A stretch of DNA of 63,401 nucleotides, the filler included, from Choristocarpus tenellus KU-1152 (lineage: Eukaryota; Protista; Phaeophyceae): assembly GCA_964200185.2 (NCBI GenBank). It is 11 parts of 11 records of this genome, joined end to end, with 100 filler letters (N's around TTAATTAATTAA, not from the genome) between each part and the next. Parts side by side here need not be neighbours in the genome. Positions count along the whole stretch, not along the records: positions 51,600 to 54,965 come from CAXNAD020020503.1; positions 55,066 to 60,427 come from CAXNAD020011034.1; positions 60,528 to 63,401 come from CAXNAD020024020.1; 8 more parts are not named here. The stretch is one strand, 5' to 3'. The position numbers and the translations under genes were made by a program. Shown here piece after piece: positions 52,613-63,401 of this stretch (its first letter is position 1; each line of letters starts with the position of its first letter). The notes below the pieces were generated by a model, which was not told the DNA's origin, did not search any database, and worked only from the letters and a program-made list of their open reading frames with translations.

Positions 52613-55600
52613 CTGGCAAAAAACTGTGTGGAATGGCGTCGGTTGCATAACGCCTCCTTCTACCCTCACCACCGCCCCGCTACGGAGCGATCCACAGTGG
52701 CCACAGAACGGCGCACAGAGAAAGAGAGGGCCAACACCCCCCCACTCAGGGGTGTTTACATCCATAGCATTATTAGATATAAATATATTTTAGGCAATGT
52801 ACTGGTGCACTGGAATGAGTGTCAGCACTCTGTTCAAGTAAAAAAATATATATATTAAAAAAATGTATTATTATATTTACTACTCTTCAAGAAGAAAGAG
52901 TTTGTAGGCAGGGATGAGACTACTTTGAAGGGAAAAGTCAGAAGGTTTGTGGCATGCCGACACCTCAGGTAACTGGGAAAACTTATAGTTCGTAAGAGTG
53001 AGGGTAAAAGTAGGGTTAGGGTTAGGGTTAGGTTTCAGCCCGAGGACAAAAGAAGAGAAGCAACATTGGTATAGTAGGCTTAACCTCACACCACTAGCGA
53101 AATCCAGCACAAGAATAAATAATGAGGCATGAGTTCCTTCCCCAATACCCTGCTTAACACTCATTAAATCCCTCCCCCCCACCCCCTCCCCCACACCCAC
53201 CCCACCCCCCGCCAGCCCCCCCCCCCACCCACGGTGCCAGCAAACACAAGTCTACAGGCCATGCAAGCCTTTTTGGGGTCAGTTTTCCACCAGCCTCAAA
53301 GAGAAACCCAGTTCACATCACATTGTGTTTATCAATCTGATCCTACCAGAGGGGGCCAGGAGAGCCCATTCAAACTTCAAATCTCTTTCGCAACCGGCCA
53401 ATTAAAACCAACTCAACCCACACACACACTGCATCTATATATCAAAATATAACAGAACGCCTCCAAAGTGTCGTCCACATCACAACAAATATTTACTTCC
53501 CCAACAGTAACCAGAAGCAACCACCCATAGGCAGTGCCTCTCCTCCCCACTCCCTCAAAAAACCATGGAACAAAAAAAAAGTGTCCAAATCCCTGACAAA
53601 ATAATATTATTTTCTTTTTTTCACTGTATGAACCTTTCCCCACTGACTAGAGGTCCTACCCCCAATCTTAGGCAATGTAACCTCCCAATGTAAGTCCTGT
53701 GTCTACGACCAAGGTACTGGTCCATTTCAAAGCAATGCCAACATATCTACAGCAGCAGGCTATGTATCATATTCAACCTTCAATCAAGAACACCTTCCGA
53801 TTCTGGTGGGGACAACGTGATGATGATGATGATCACTTCATTGTTAAAATGAAGAACAATCTTAGAACCAGTATTGTACTAATACTTGTCTACTGGGTAC
53901 CTAACAACATTACTGTGTTATTACTATATATAATACTAACGCTACTATCACTGGCTCGGAACCGGGTCTTTGCCTCACTTCCCAGGAACCTGTACAGATC
54001 TTCTACCATTTGAGACCAAGGACTAACTTACACCCAGGTCCTATAATCCTCGCCAGGTACAAGTCTTTCTTGGAGTTGAGCTTAACCTGGAGGTAAAAAT
54101 AAAGACTTCCTATGCAAGATATCACCTTCAATGGCAACAACTTCCCACAGGAGAGTGCCACGACATCAAACACTATCTAAACCTAACCCTAACCCCAACA
54201 ATTTCCTACATGGGGGAATTTTGGGATATTGACTAGTCGAGAGCCTATCCCCCAAAAGAGCTTCATACTGAACATCCCCCCCATCACCCTCCTATGCCCT
54301 AACTGACAAGCCTACAAGTACCCACAGAGACCTCAAAGAAAGCCTTCCAACAACAACACACACACACACAAAGTGTGTTAAAAAATAACTAGATAGAACT
54401 CCACCCATCCCTTCTCCTGCAACCCAGTCTCAGCAACATGAAACATACCTCGAATGATGTGAGGTAGAGTCCTTACCCACCCCATTCACTCCCAACTTAG
54501 CCTCTATCTGGTCCTTTACTCCATCTTCTGCGGCTGCCCACCCCCCACCAGAATTTTTTGATCCTGGATGGACCTATGTAGTTCCAAGATAGTACAAAAA
54601 CCACAAAAAGAACCAAAATTTTGGAATGCAAAGGGTGCATACAGGGTAAGGGGTGGTAATGTCATGCTTACCATGCATACATTTTCCTTAGCTCTAGGAA
54701 TGTTATTAAAAAAGAAGTGTAAGAAAAAGAGAGTTCAAGAACCCACTCCTTCTGCAGCTAACATGCATTGCATTCAAGTTGGATACCTACAATAGGTTAT
54801 GAATAGCAAAATCCGCAAGGCTCTCTATGGTGGTGATTCCCTTCATAACAGCCTGTTCCGAAAAAATTACATACAGGGGACTGAACCAATGGAATCACCA
54901 AGGGTCAAGGCCAAACCATTATCCCCTGTCCAACAGGGTCAGACCCTGGGTGAACCAGTCACACCNNNNNNNNNNNNNNNNNNNNNNNNNNNNNNNNNNN
55001 NNNNNNNNNTTAATTAATTAANNNNNNNNNNNNNNNNNNNNNNNNNNNNNNNNNNNNNNNNNNNNTTCGATTTTCACATTTTTGATGTGATTTGGTCGCA
55101 CGTGTCGGATTTGAAATGTCAGCATAAAAAAACCACCCCCCTCCCTCCCCCCAGATACTTTGACCCTCTCTGATAATACTCTAGACTCAGATCATAACAA
55201 ATAGATGGAGTGGCCTCCCTTGTCTGTCATGGAAGTAACATGTACGGAGTGAGGAGTGAGGTAGGATATAGTTCCGTGTTACAATGATATACGTCAACTA
55301 CGTGAGAATGCAGATTGGTTGGAACGCCCCTTCTTGTTGACTTCTGCCCCTCCTTGGATTCTGCATCGGATACAATTGTGTTTTAAGCTTGTGTAATGAT
55401 TAAGTGGATTGAAATTATGATTGAACCATGTTGTGGGGTTGTGCCATGTTACCGATTGTGCAAGTTCAGTCTCTGCCCTTGAATGCATGCACGTGGTGTT
55501 GGCGTGATGTCGACAACAAACTGGACGATGATATGAAGACGTGGTGAAGACATGTCTTGATTGCAATGATGAGCTGTAAATGATAGTCTCGAAACCCAAC

Positions 55601-57500
55601 ATGAGGTGCACAAATCATTATTCGCCTGATATGCAAGGAAGGGAGACTTTGATCTTAAGTACAGTTGGTACCAAGGGGAGGGGAGGACACTATCTTGATG
55701 CAGATGCACTTTCATAAACATAAACATCATTATTAATACCAAGTTACTATTGATCAGAGTCAGAATTACCGATATTCCGTAAGGTGGAAGCTAGAGTGAA
55801 TGAGTTATTGTCTGACCCTTAATCCATTGCCCAGCTTAGAACCATTGGAACGGTTCTCACATGTACCGCGTGTCTTAGTACTCGTAAAACCTGTAAGGAA
55901 TTTACGTGTGCGAGCATGGTATGATCTAAAAGAGTAAAAAAGATCAAATGAATTTCTAGCCCTCCTTTCGTTTGTTTTGCATTGTCGACAGAAGATTTTG
56001 CCCCAAATAGCCATGATAGTCCATGTAATACTTTGTTGGCCATAATAGTTATATAAATACACCACGAAGAGAGTCGTTTTTCTGTTGACAAACTAAACGG
56101 ACGAAAACACACAAATTATAGATGAGGGTAGCCCAAAAAAAAAGATATGGATACGAAACTCAAAAAAATGTTTAGGAGTTGCTTTTTGTCGTTTTCTTGT
56201 TTTCCATGAACTACGAATATAATTGATGTGTATTATAAGAGTCCTTCGCTCCTATTGTTTTATTTTGATGTATTCTTTACGAGGTATTTCCTCTTCTCCA
56301 AACTCTATTGCATTGCTATTTGTATTGTGTTCTATTGTTTACTTTCCTCAATGTTTCTTGTCTAATCTACACAATAATCTGCACATGTTAGTGGGCAAAA
56401 TGATAATATATTTCCTGAAATTAGTATTATATCATTTACTCTGCTACCATATCACCTTGTTGTGTGACAACTGAGTGGGGACTATGCTGACTCGTGAACA
56501 CTACACACAGCACCGCGTAGCGATTAATACCTCTCGTCCTACTAACTATGAAGTAACTGTTGCAACTATACGACTTATTGCATTATGTTGCCTCGCCGTT
56601 CCTGCCTAGCGTCTCGCTCATTGGTTCCAGTGTTCTCACCACTCCGCCCTCGATCCCGTCTGAATATTCTCCTGAAGTTTCCATTGTTGGCGTTTTTTGT
56701 GACCAATGCACAGCCTTTTATCATAATACCTATATTGATCATATTTTTTCACTTTTCCCTTTTTTGAACATTCTGGGAGTTGCATTAATTCTTCTACGTA
56801 TTAATAGTAATATTATATCTACTACGTAGTTTGTTCTACGGAGTGCAATCCTTAATGTGATGCTGGAGATTATCCCAATTACGGGAAGATGCAATAATGG
56901 ACTATGGAACCACAGACCTTGTTGTATTCTGGGGTTTCTCCTTACATGTTCGAGTCTTCCATAGTGTTATGGAGCTTGTTCCTTCCATGAATTTCATGGA
57001 TTCCAACCCCATCGATGCCATACTTCTTCACGAGGCAACCAGGTCTCGAATTATCACAATAAAACATTTTGCATACATAATGTAATAATATGGATTATGT
57101 ACACCTGTACCATCCTTTCTGTCACCAAACCACAGAAATGCTAGGGCAGGAACAAGGTAGGTGTCAAAGAAACCATACCACCTCCTTTGTTCCTTTTTGT
57201 GATACGATCGATAGGTTGATCGCTAGCTTATATTTGTTCGATGCATGACGAAATGATACTCGAAACACTGTGCTGTGTACATACACTGTCATAAATAACG
57301 AAACCAACAACATGCTCTGCCACATGGTCGAAGCCGTTACAAAAATCGCACTGGAAAAGTCTTTTCGTCAACTTTGGTGAAGATAAATTTGTTTCTATCA
57401 AAATGATTTGTCACGATGCATATCTATGTACATTATAGCTCCGAAGATACGTTTGTTTTTATCAAAATGGATTGTAATAATGCATGTCTAACCACCTTCC

Positions 57501-57571
57501 AGCTCCCACTGAGAGTCGAACTCAGGACCTGCAGCTTACTAAGCTGACGCTCTACCACTGAGCTTAGGAGC
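57501..57571 (-). tRNA. tRNA-Thr(AGT), possibly defective (U8 missing)
   Basis: Cloverleaf GCTCCTA-A-GCTC AGTGGTA GAGC-G-TCAGC TT[AGT]AA GCTGC-AGGTC-CTGAG TTCGACT CTCAG-TGGGAGC-T; B box intact. Confidence 0.82.
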
Positions 57572-57622
57572 TCTGAAACTATTAACATGAAAACAATACG
57601 ATATGTAGACGTTACTGATATT

Positions 57623-58660
57623 GGACTACTCTCTAGATTTTTTCAAGTATTTAAAGTAGGCTGCCTGGGAGGGGATAGATCCCGCAGGGGTTGCGTGCCT
57701 ACGTCAGAGGGACAGGGTAGAAGAGAGATCGCTGCATGACCCCTTACATCTCTCAGAACCAGAGAGTTTATGTTGAAGTCAACATGGTAAACCTGGTCAA
57801 CATACAAAATCTACCTATTTGTTCGTAAGAAGTCTCGATCAAAAGACAATGTGGTAAGCGGTAGAGACTTGAATACCGATCTGTTCTGGAATGACGATTT
57901 CATACAAGGTATAGGATGGAGAGGTGGGTGAGAGTCATTACTTGTGATGAATAGAATTGCCACCTATCTGTTGTGGCCATGGTTTGTATATGATAGTCAA
58001 TAATCCATAATAGAACACGAGATATATTTCTCGAGACATCAGTACATCACCTGGGAGTGAACGTATCTTAGAGGATACGAGTTTTGGCCTGTTTGTCCGT
58101 TTGGGGATTGGCTTCCGACGGGTTTTTTATGACATTTTACCTACTCCGTAGGTCAAATGTATACGCTATGGAAACGTGTGTCCGGATCAAGGGTATATTG
58201 ATACTTCCTAATAAACAAGATAAACAAAATTACATCATAATCGAAACATTGGGTTTTGGTCCCCAAATGGACGCGGCTCTACCCTCTAAGATACTTTGAC
58301 TCCTGGCAGATTGGTAGCAACTCTACCTATCACAAGTAATGACTCCCGCCCACCTCTCCATCCTATACCATGTATTATATCGTCATCCAAGAACAAATCG
58401 GTGTTCGAGTCTCTAACGCTTACCACATTGTCTTTGTGTCAAGGCTTCCCGCATAGAACTAGTAAATATAGTTTGTATGTTGACCATATTTACCATGTTG
58501 ACTTCAACATAAACTCTCTGGTTCTCAGAGATGTAAGGAGTCATGACACGTTCCCTCCTATACCCTGTCCCTCTGTTGCAGGTACACAAACCCCTATGGG
58601 ATTTATCCCCTTCCAGACGGACCTACAAAATATACTTAGAAATATCTAGATAGTAGTTCC
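57623..58660. repeat. Long inverted repeat (arms ~57623-57970 and ~58307-58660)
   Basis: For example AGAACCAGAGAGTTTATGTTGAAGTCAACATGGTAAA (~57755) versus TTTACCATGTTGACTTCAACATAAACTCTCTGGTTCT (~58490). The arms are colinear but diverged over ~350 bp. Confidence 0.92.
58055..58302 (+). mobile_element. MITE family A, full length, TSD CTGG
   Basis: CTGG|GAGTGAACGTATCTTAGAGGATAC...TACCCTCTAAGATACTTTGACTC|CTGG. Confidence 0.9.
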
Positions 58661-59943
58661 CTTGAGATCACGACTTCGGAGTCTCTCTTTGCAACCTTGA
58701 GCCTGTGTAAAAGAGTGTAGGTCACCTTACTATCTGCACTGGTTTGCATCAATGACCTGCACTTGAGATCATGGCCTCAGGGTCTCTCTTCATCACCTCG
58801 AGAGTACGGGTCACCTTACTGTGTCAACCCGGTCGCACCAATGACCTGTGCTCGAGACCAGGACTTCGAAGCCTCCCTCCAATGGGGGGAAGAACTCGAG
58901 ATTTTGCATGATGGTGCTGGCAGCATTACTACAGTAGCATGTTCCATGTGTCTCAATTTTCTGTGCAGTAGGTTCCATTTTATTTGCATACTCACTCTTG
59001 TCGTCCTTTCGTGCTCTTGTTAATATTTTGCTTTTTCCTACATTGCAATCACCGCCATTTCAGGTACAGAGGTAACCAGTAGTTCGATCAGGTTACAGCC
59101 CAGATGAAGGTGGCTAAGGGAACACAAGGTGTACTTTGTCTGTGACCCACAGGTACACCCGTCAAGAAGGTATGGCACAATGAGAAAGGATAGAGACTGG
59201 ATATTCGGGCTGAGTATCTCGGAAGAGACAAAAAGAGAGCAGGACAAGTCAGATATTTCCAGTTTTCGGGAAGAGTTAACAAGAGCAAGCTGGAGGTTGC
59301 AACAGGGAGGGAGATTGTTACATATGAATGTGTGGGGGGAAAAAAAAATACTAGATTTGGTTACAATGAGGAGAAAGTATTTCTGTGACAGTACCCTATT
59401 TCTAAGTGACTGAGACACTCTTGTTGTGCTTTGTACTTGTTTGTACTTTTGTTCTGAAGGGGAAGAGTCTTTTCAATGATTGTGCCCTACTTCTATATTA
59501 TTGCGAGACATTATTTCGCGTATTTTTTTATGCTCGTTTTCTTAGGGAGGGAGGGCCTTTCTCTTGCAAGACCCCTTATCTTTGAAAGGTGGACAGTCCT
59601 TTCATGGTAGTACCCTATTTTGACATGAGTAGTGTGATACTCTGGCATAGGAGATTCTCCGTTGAACGTTGGGTCAATGGCAAAGTGAGTGCTGTGAGGT
59701 GCGAGAATCACGCTGGCATATCTGTCGTCAGGGCAAATGCTGCAAGTGGGGTTTCCCTCCGAACTTCCTCCTCCGCCGGATCCCCAATGCTGCGTACTGA
59801 ATTGTTTATTCCTGGAAGTGACAATCATCTCATACCTGCAACGATCGTGATAGGACAGGAAGTGATACTTCTTTTTGCTGTCTAGTCACTACTGGTTCGT
59901 ATTGAAGCAGATATGCTTCATGATGGGGGGTTATGTCACAGGC

Positions 59944-60203
59944 GAGTGAAAGTATCTTAGAGGGTACGAGGTTTTCCCTGTTGTCCATTTGGGGCTTGGC
60001 TTCCCATGGGTTTTTGAATAACGTTTTTAGCTACTTCGGAATGTTTAGGGGTAGGTAAAATGTATATGTTATGAAATTGTGTTTCCAGAACAAGGATACT
60101 GACACTTCCTGACAAACACGATAGCCAAGATTACATAAAAATCACAACATTGGATTTTGAACCCCAAATGGACGCGGCTCTACCCTCTAAGATAATTTGA
60201 CTC
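59944..60203 (+). mobile_element. MITE family A, full length (260 bp), TSD AGGC
   Basis: AGGC|GAGTGAAAGTATCTTAGAGGGTA...TACCCTCTAAGATAATTTGACTC|AGGC. Confidence 0.92.
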
Positions 60204-60527
60204 AGGCGATGTGTCTTACTGGCAGTTTCATAAACGCCATTGTGACCTTGAAGTTCAAGATTTTATATACTGTACTTCTTGACTACTTGTTTTCTATGAT
60301 AATCATGGTAAGGCCATACATTTGCCTTAGCCATCATGACAGCCTTTCTATGCAAAAGAGAGTATTTTTGCTTTGTGTGGTATGGATTTGTTTATTAGCG
60401 GAGTGAGCACTATCCTCAAGGTGGGGGNNNNNNNNNNNNNNNNNNNNNNNNNNNNNNNNNNNNNNNNNNNNTTAATTAATTAANNNNNNNNNNNNNNNNN
60501 NNNNNNNNNNNNNNNNNNNNNNNNNNN

Positions 60528-63247
60528 ATCCCCACCCCGCTCTGCTCCTCCCCCCCTTCCGTCCCTGCTGTGTTTCCAAGTCCTCCAGGGTCCCCTTGAC
60601 CATTTGCAGGGGTCTGTTCCCCCTCCCCATGCCCATTCACCTCACCCTTAATGCCTCTCACTGTGTCATTGTCCCTCTCTCTCTCCAACCTCCTTGCCTC
60701 CTGCTGCTTCCGTGCTAACCTCACAATGGGCTTCTCATCAAAGAGTGCCTGTACACATAAAACACACATAGGTGGTAGTGGTATCAATAGTAGTGGTATC
60801 AGTAGTAGTAGTATCAGTAGTGGTATCAGTAGTGTTAGTATCAGTTGTGGCATCAGTAGTGGTATCAGTAGTATTAGTATCAGCAACAGTAGTATCAGTA
60901 GTAATGGTATCAGTAGTAGTATCAATAGTAGTGGTATCAGTAGTATATCAACAGTAGTGGTATCAGTAACAGTATCAGTAGGAGACCGACATACACAGGC
61001 TGCTAACCAATGGACTTGGACAAAAAAAGCTCTAACTATAGATATGCAAACGCCTTGCAAGGATGGCAATTCAACTTGACATCACCAACACAAAAATGCA
61101 ATCACCTCCACATAACAAGAGGAAGGGGAGTCTGCAAACCATCAGTGTGCCTAAAGATGCCATCACTATACCTCACACTCTCCCACACCTAGGATCCTCT
61201 TCCCCCCCACATCCCACAACCTCCAACCACTTCTATTTGAGACTGGTGATGAAAAAAATTGAAAAATCAAGTCCAACAAAAAAAAAATCATGAAAAAAAA
61301 TAAGAAAGCATCACCAGCAATTAACACACTACAACAAAAAAATATGAAAATATAACTTCCCAAGCAGCATGCGTGCAGCACTGGAAGACACACACACACC
61401 CCACCTATCACTCACATCATCACAGGAGGACAAGAAATGTGACCGCTACCACTTTCACAACACAATACAAGACTAAAGCATTCTCCTAACAATTTACTAA
61501 CATTCTCCTAACAGGGCATGCAGAGACAGAGACAGAGACAGGCCAATTATATCTCATGAAGAGACACATAACATAAATAACACACAACACGTAACACTCA
61601 ATACATAACACTAAACACCAGCAGACCCGATTTTTCACTGTAATAAAATACATTAAAACTCCTTCAAACAACACCCACGGATTTTTTTTATTAACACTCT
61701 GAGACCAGACTAGAGGTATACCCAATAAATCAATAACATACACATTTATCAATATGAAAATTACACATCAAAGGTTAAACGTTTGAGGTATACCCTTCCC
61801 CCCCCCCCTTCCTCTCCTTTCCTTCCAATCAAAATCATCCTTACCTGGCAACGTGTCTTGAGTACAGGGTCAAGGACATAAGCATCCAACACAAGCTGAC
61901 CTGGTGTCATCTTATCTAGGGGAAAGGGCATCACCTGCCAGTACACACACACACACACACAAAACACACATTTATTTAGTTATTTAAATTTTTAAACCAC
62001 GGCGAGAACAAAATAATAATGGTTCTAGGAGAGTACAACCAATCCAACAAAGAAAAAAAAAGACAAATCATTTTTCCCCCCAATGCGGCGAGGGGAGGAA
62101 GCCAACGAAGTGGCTCTCGCAAAGCACCAGTTCTTCCCCTTCAAAAAAATAAATAAATAGGTGGAGTAAAAAAAAAATGTAACAAGCACGCCCGCCCCTT
62201 TCCTGTAGAAAGACATAAAACCCTAACCACAACGGAGAAGAGAAACCTGGTAGCCATCAAGAGTACGTACAGTGACCTCCACTACTGCCAGCCAACCTAC
62301 AAATCTCACTCACACACTTGATATACACTTGAATGAAAATAAAGATTATATATATATATATATACATACACCCACCACAGATACAAAAAATAAAAAACAA
62401 GATATTTACAGTGTGGGGTCTCAAACATGCAAGGCTTTTTCTTGTTGATATGAACAGACGCGCGGTGCAGACGGCATAAAAAAAATTACACACACATACA
62501 TGCCTATGTATCTCTAACAAAAACATAGGTCACACGCCCTGAGAAATTTATATATATATATATAAATATATAAATAAATAAATAACGGTACTGAAGGTAG
62601 TACCATAGTCTCAGCATGAGTAGCTGGATGTTGCAACATTTAAAATAAAAGGCAAGTACACATGACGGCCTCTATCTCCTGTTGACAACAACATTACATT
62701 GAAAAAGGTACATTGAAAAAAGCACATTGAAATGATGCATTCACACCCAACAGTTAAAACAAACAAAAAATAAAAAACAAAATTATTTTTACATTCATTT
62801 ATTACCACGCCTAAAATCATTGCACATACCTTTTTTTTTAATTATTTTCAGAACAAAAAACACAAAATTGCACTTGCGAATTGACACCCTTGACATACTT
62901 TCAAATTGACATACTTTCAACAAAACCACAATATTCAACATATACCCTCCAGCTGCTGCTGCTGCTACAGACAAACACATCATGTTTGCCACATCCTTAC
63001 GGAACACCATGTATGGAACTAAAGATCAAAGACTAAAGACTAAAGACTAAAGGCCAAAGACCAAAGACCAAAGACCAAAAGGAGGTAGAGGGGCCATCGG
63101 GGGATGGGGGAGGCTCGCCTCAAAGAACAGGGTGGTCATATTTGGGCCCAGTCCGATGTGATGGTTTGTGCTTGGCACATCCAGGATCCTATGAAGGCAG
63201 TACTGGTGGAGGTCTATCTCCGTAATCGCCACACGTGGGGGACAGAC
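60528..63247 (-). CDS. Unidentified protein, three-exon internal fragment
   Basis: Phase-0 exons 63247-63119 (VCPPRVAITEIDLHQYCLHRILDVP...TTLFFE), 61934-61845 (VMPFPLDKMTPGQLVLDAYVLDPVLKTRCQ) and 60748-60528 (ALFDEKPIVRLARKQQEARR...), all with CAG acceptors. Confidence 0.6.
60773..60980. repeat. (AGT)n/AGTGGTATC degenerate microsatellite, intronic
   Basis: Direct reading; it produces the spurious LLIPLL and SSGIS ORFs. Confidence 0.88.
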
Positions 63248-63401
63248 CTGAGTCATACCAACAGTGTTGACAATGTAGGAAAATAGAACAGGTTAAAGAA
63301 GGGGGGAGGAAGGGAGGGGGGGGGGGGGCTAAGTGCGGACGCCAGTCACCGTGGTTAAAGGAAAAAAAAAAAAAAGGAAAAACATTAAAAAAAAAAAAAA
63401 A

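Overview
This is intron-rich eukaryotic DNA. A brown alga or close stramenopile relative is my inference, from the plant-organellar-type HisRS and the intronic (CCCTAA)n repeats. It is not one locus: 11 short contigs are joined by ten identical artificial 100-nt linkers (N44-TTAATTAATTAA-N44), so adjacency across linkers has no biological meaning. Spliced gene fragments reconstructed by hand: a UAA-family (PAPST2/SLC35B3-like) nucleotide-sugar transporter, a TPR-protein last exon, a multi-C2-domain/IQ protein, an ABCA transporter, an organellar-type histidyl-tRNA synthetase and two unidentified genes. There is also a tRNA-Thr(AGT) lacking U8. The most notable signals are: (i) atypical splice sites, with about 4 of 24 reconstructed introns best explained by GC donors and several AAG or A-rich acceptors; (ii) three related MITE families with GAG/GGG termini, one with 4-bp TSDs (Sola2-like); (iii) a ~350-bp-arm inverted repeat with a nested MITE next to the tRNA; (iv) a tandem array of ~65-bp units separated by variable telomeric-repeat tracts. 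I found no CRISPR array and no intact novel multi-gene system.
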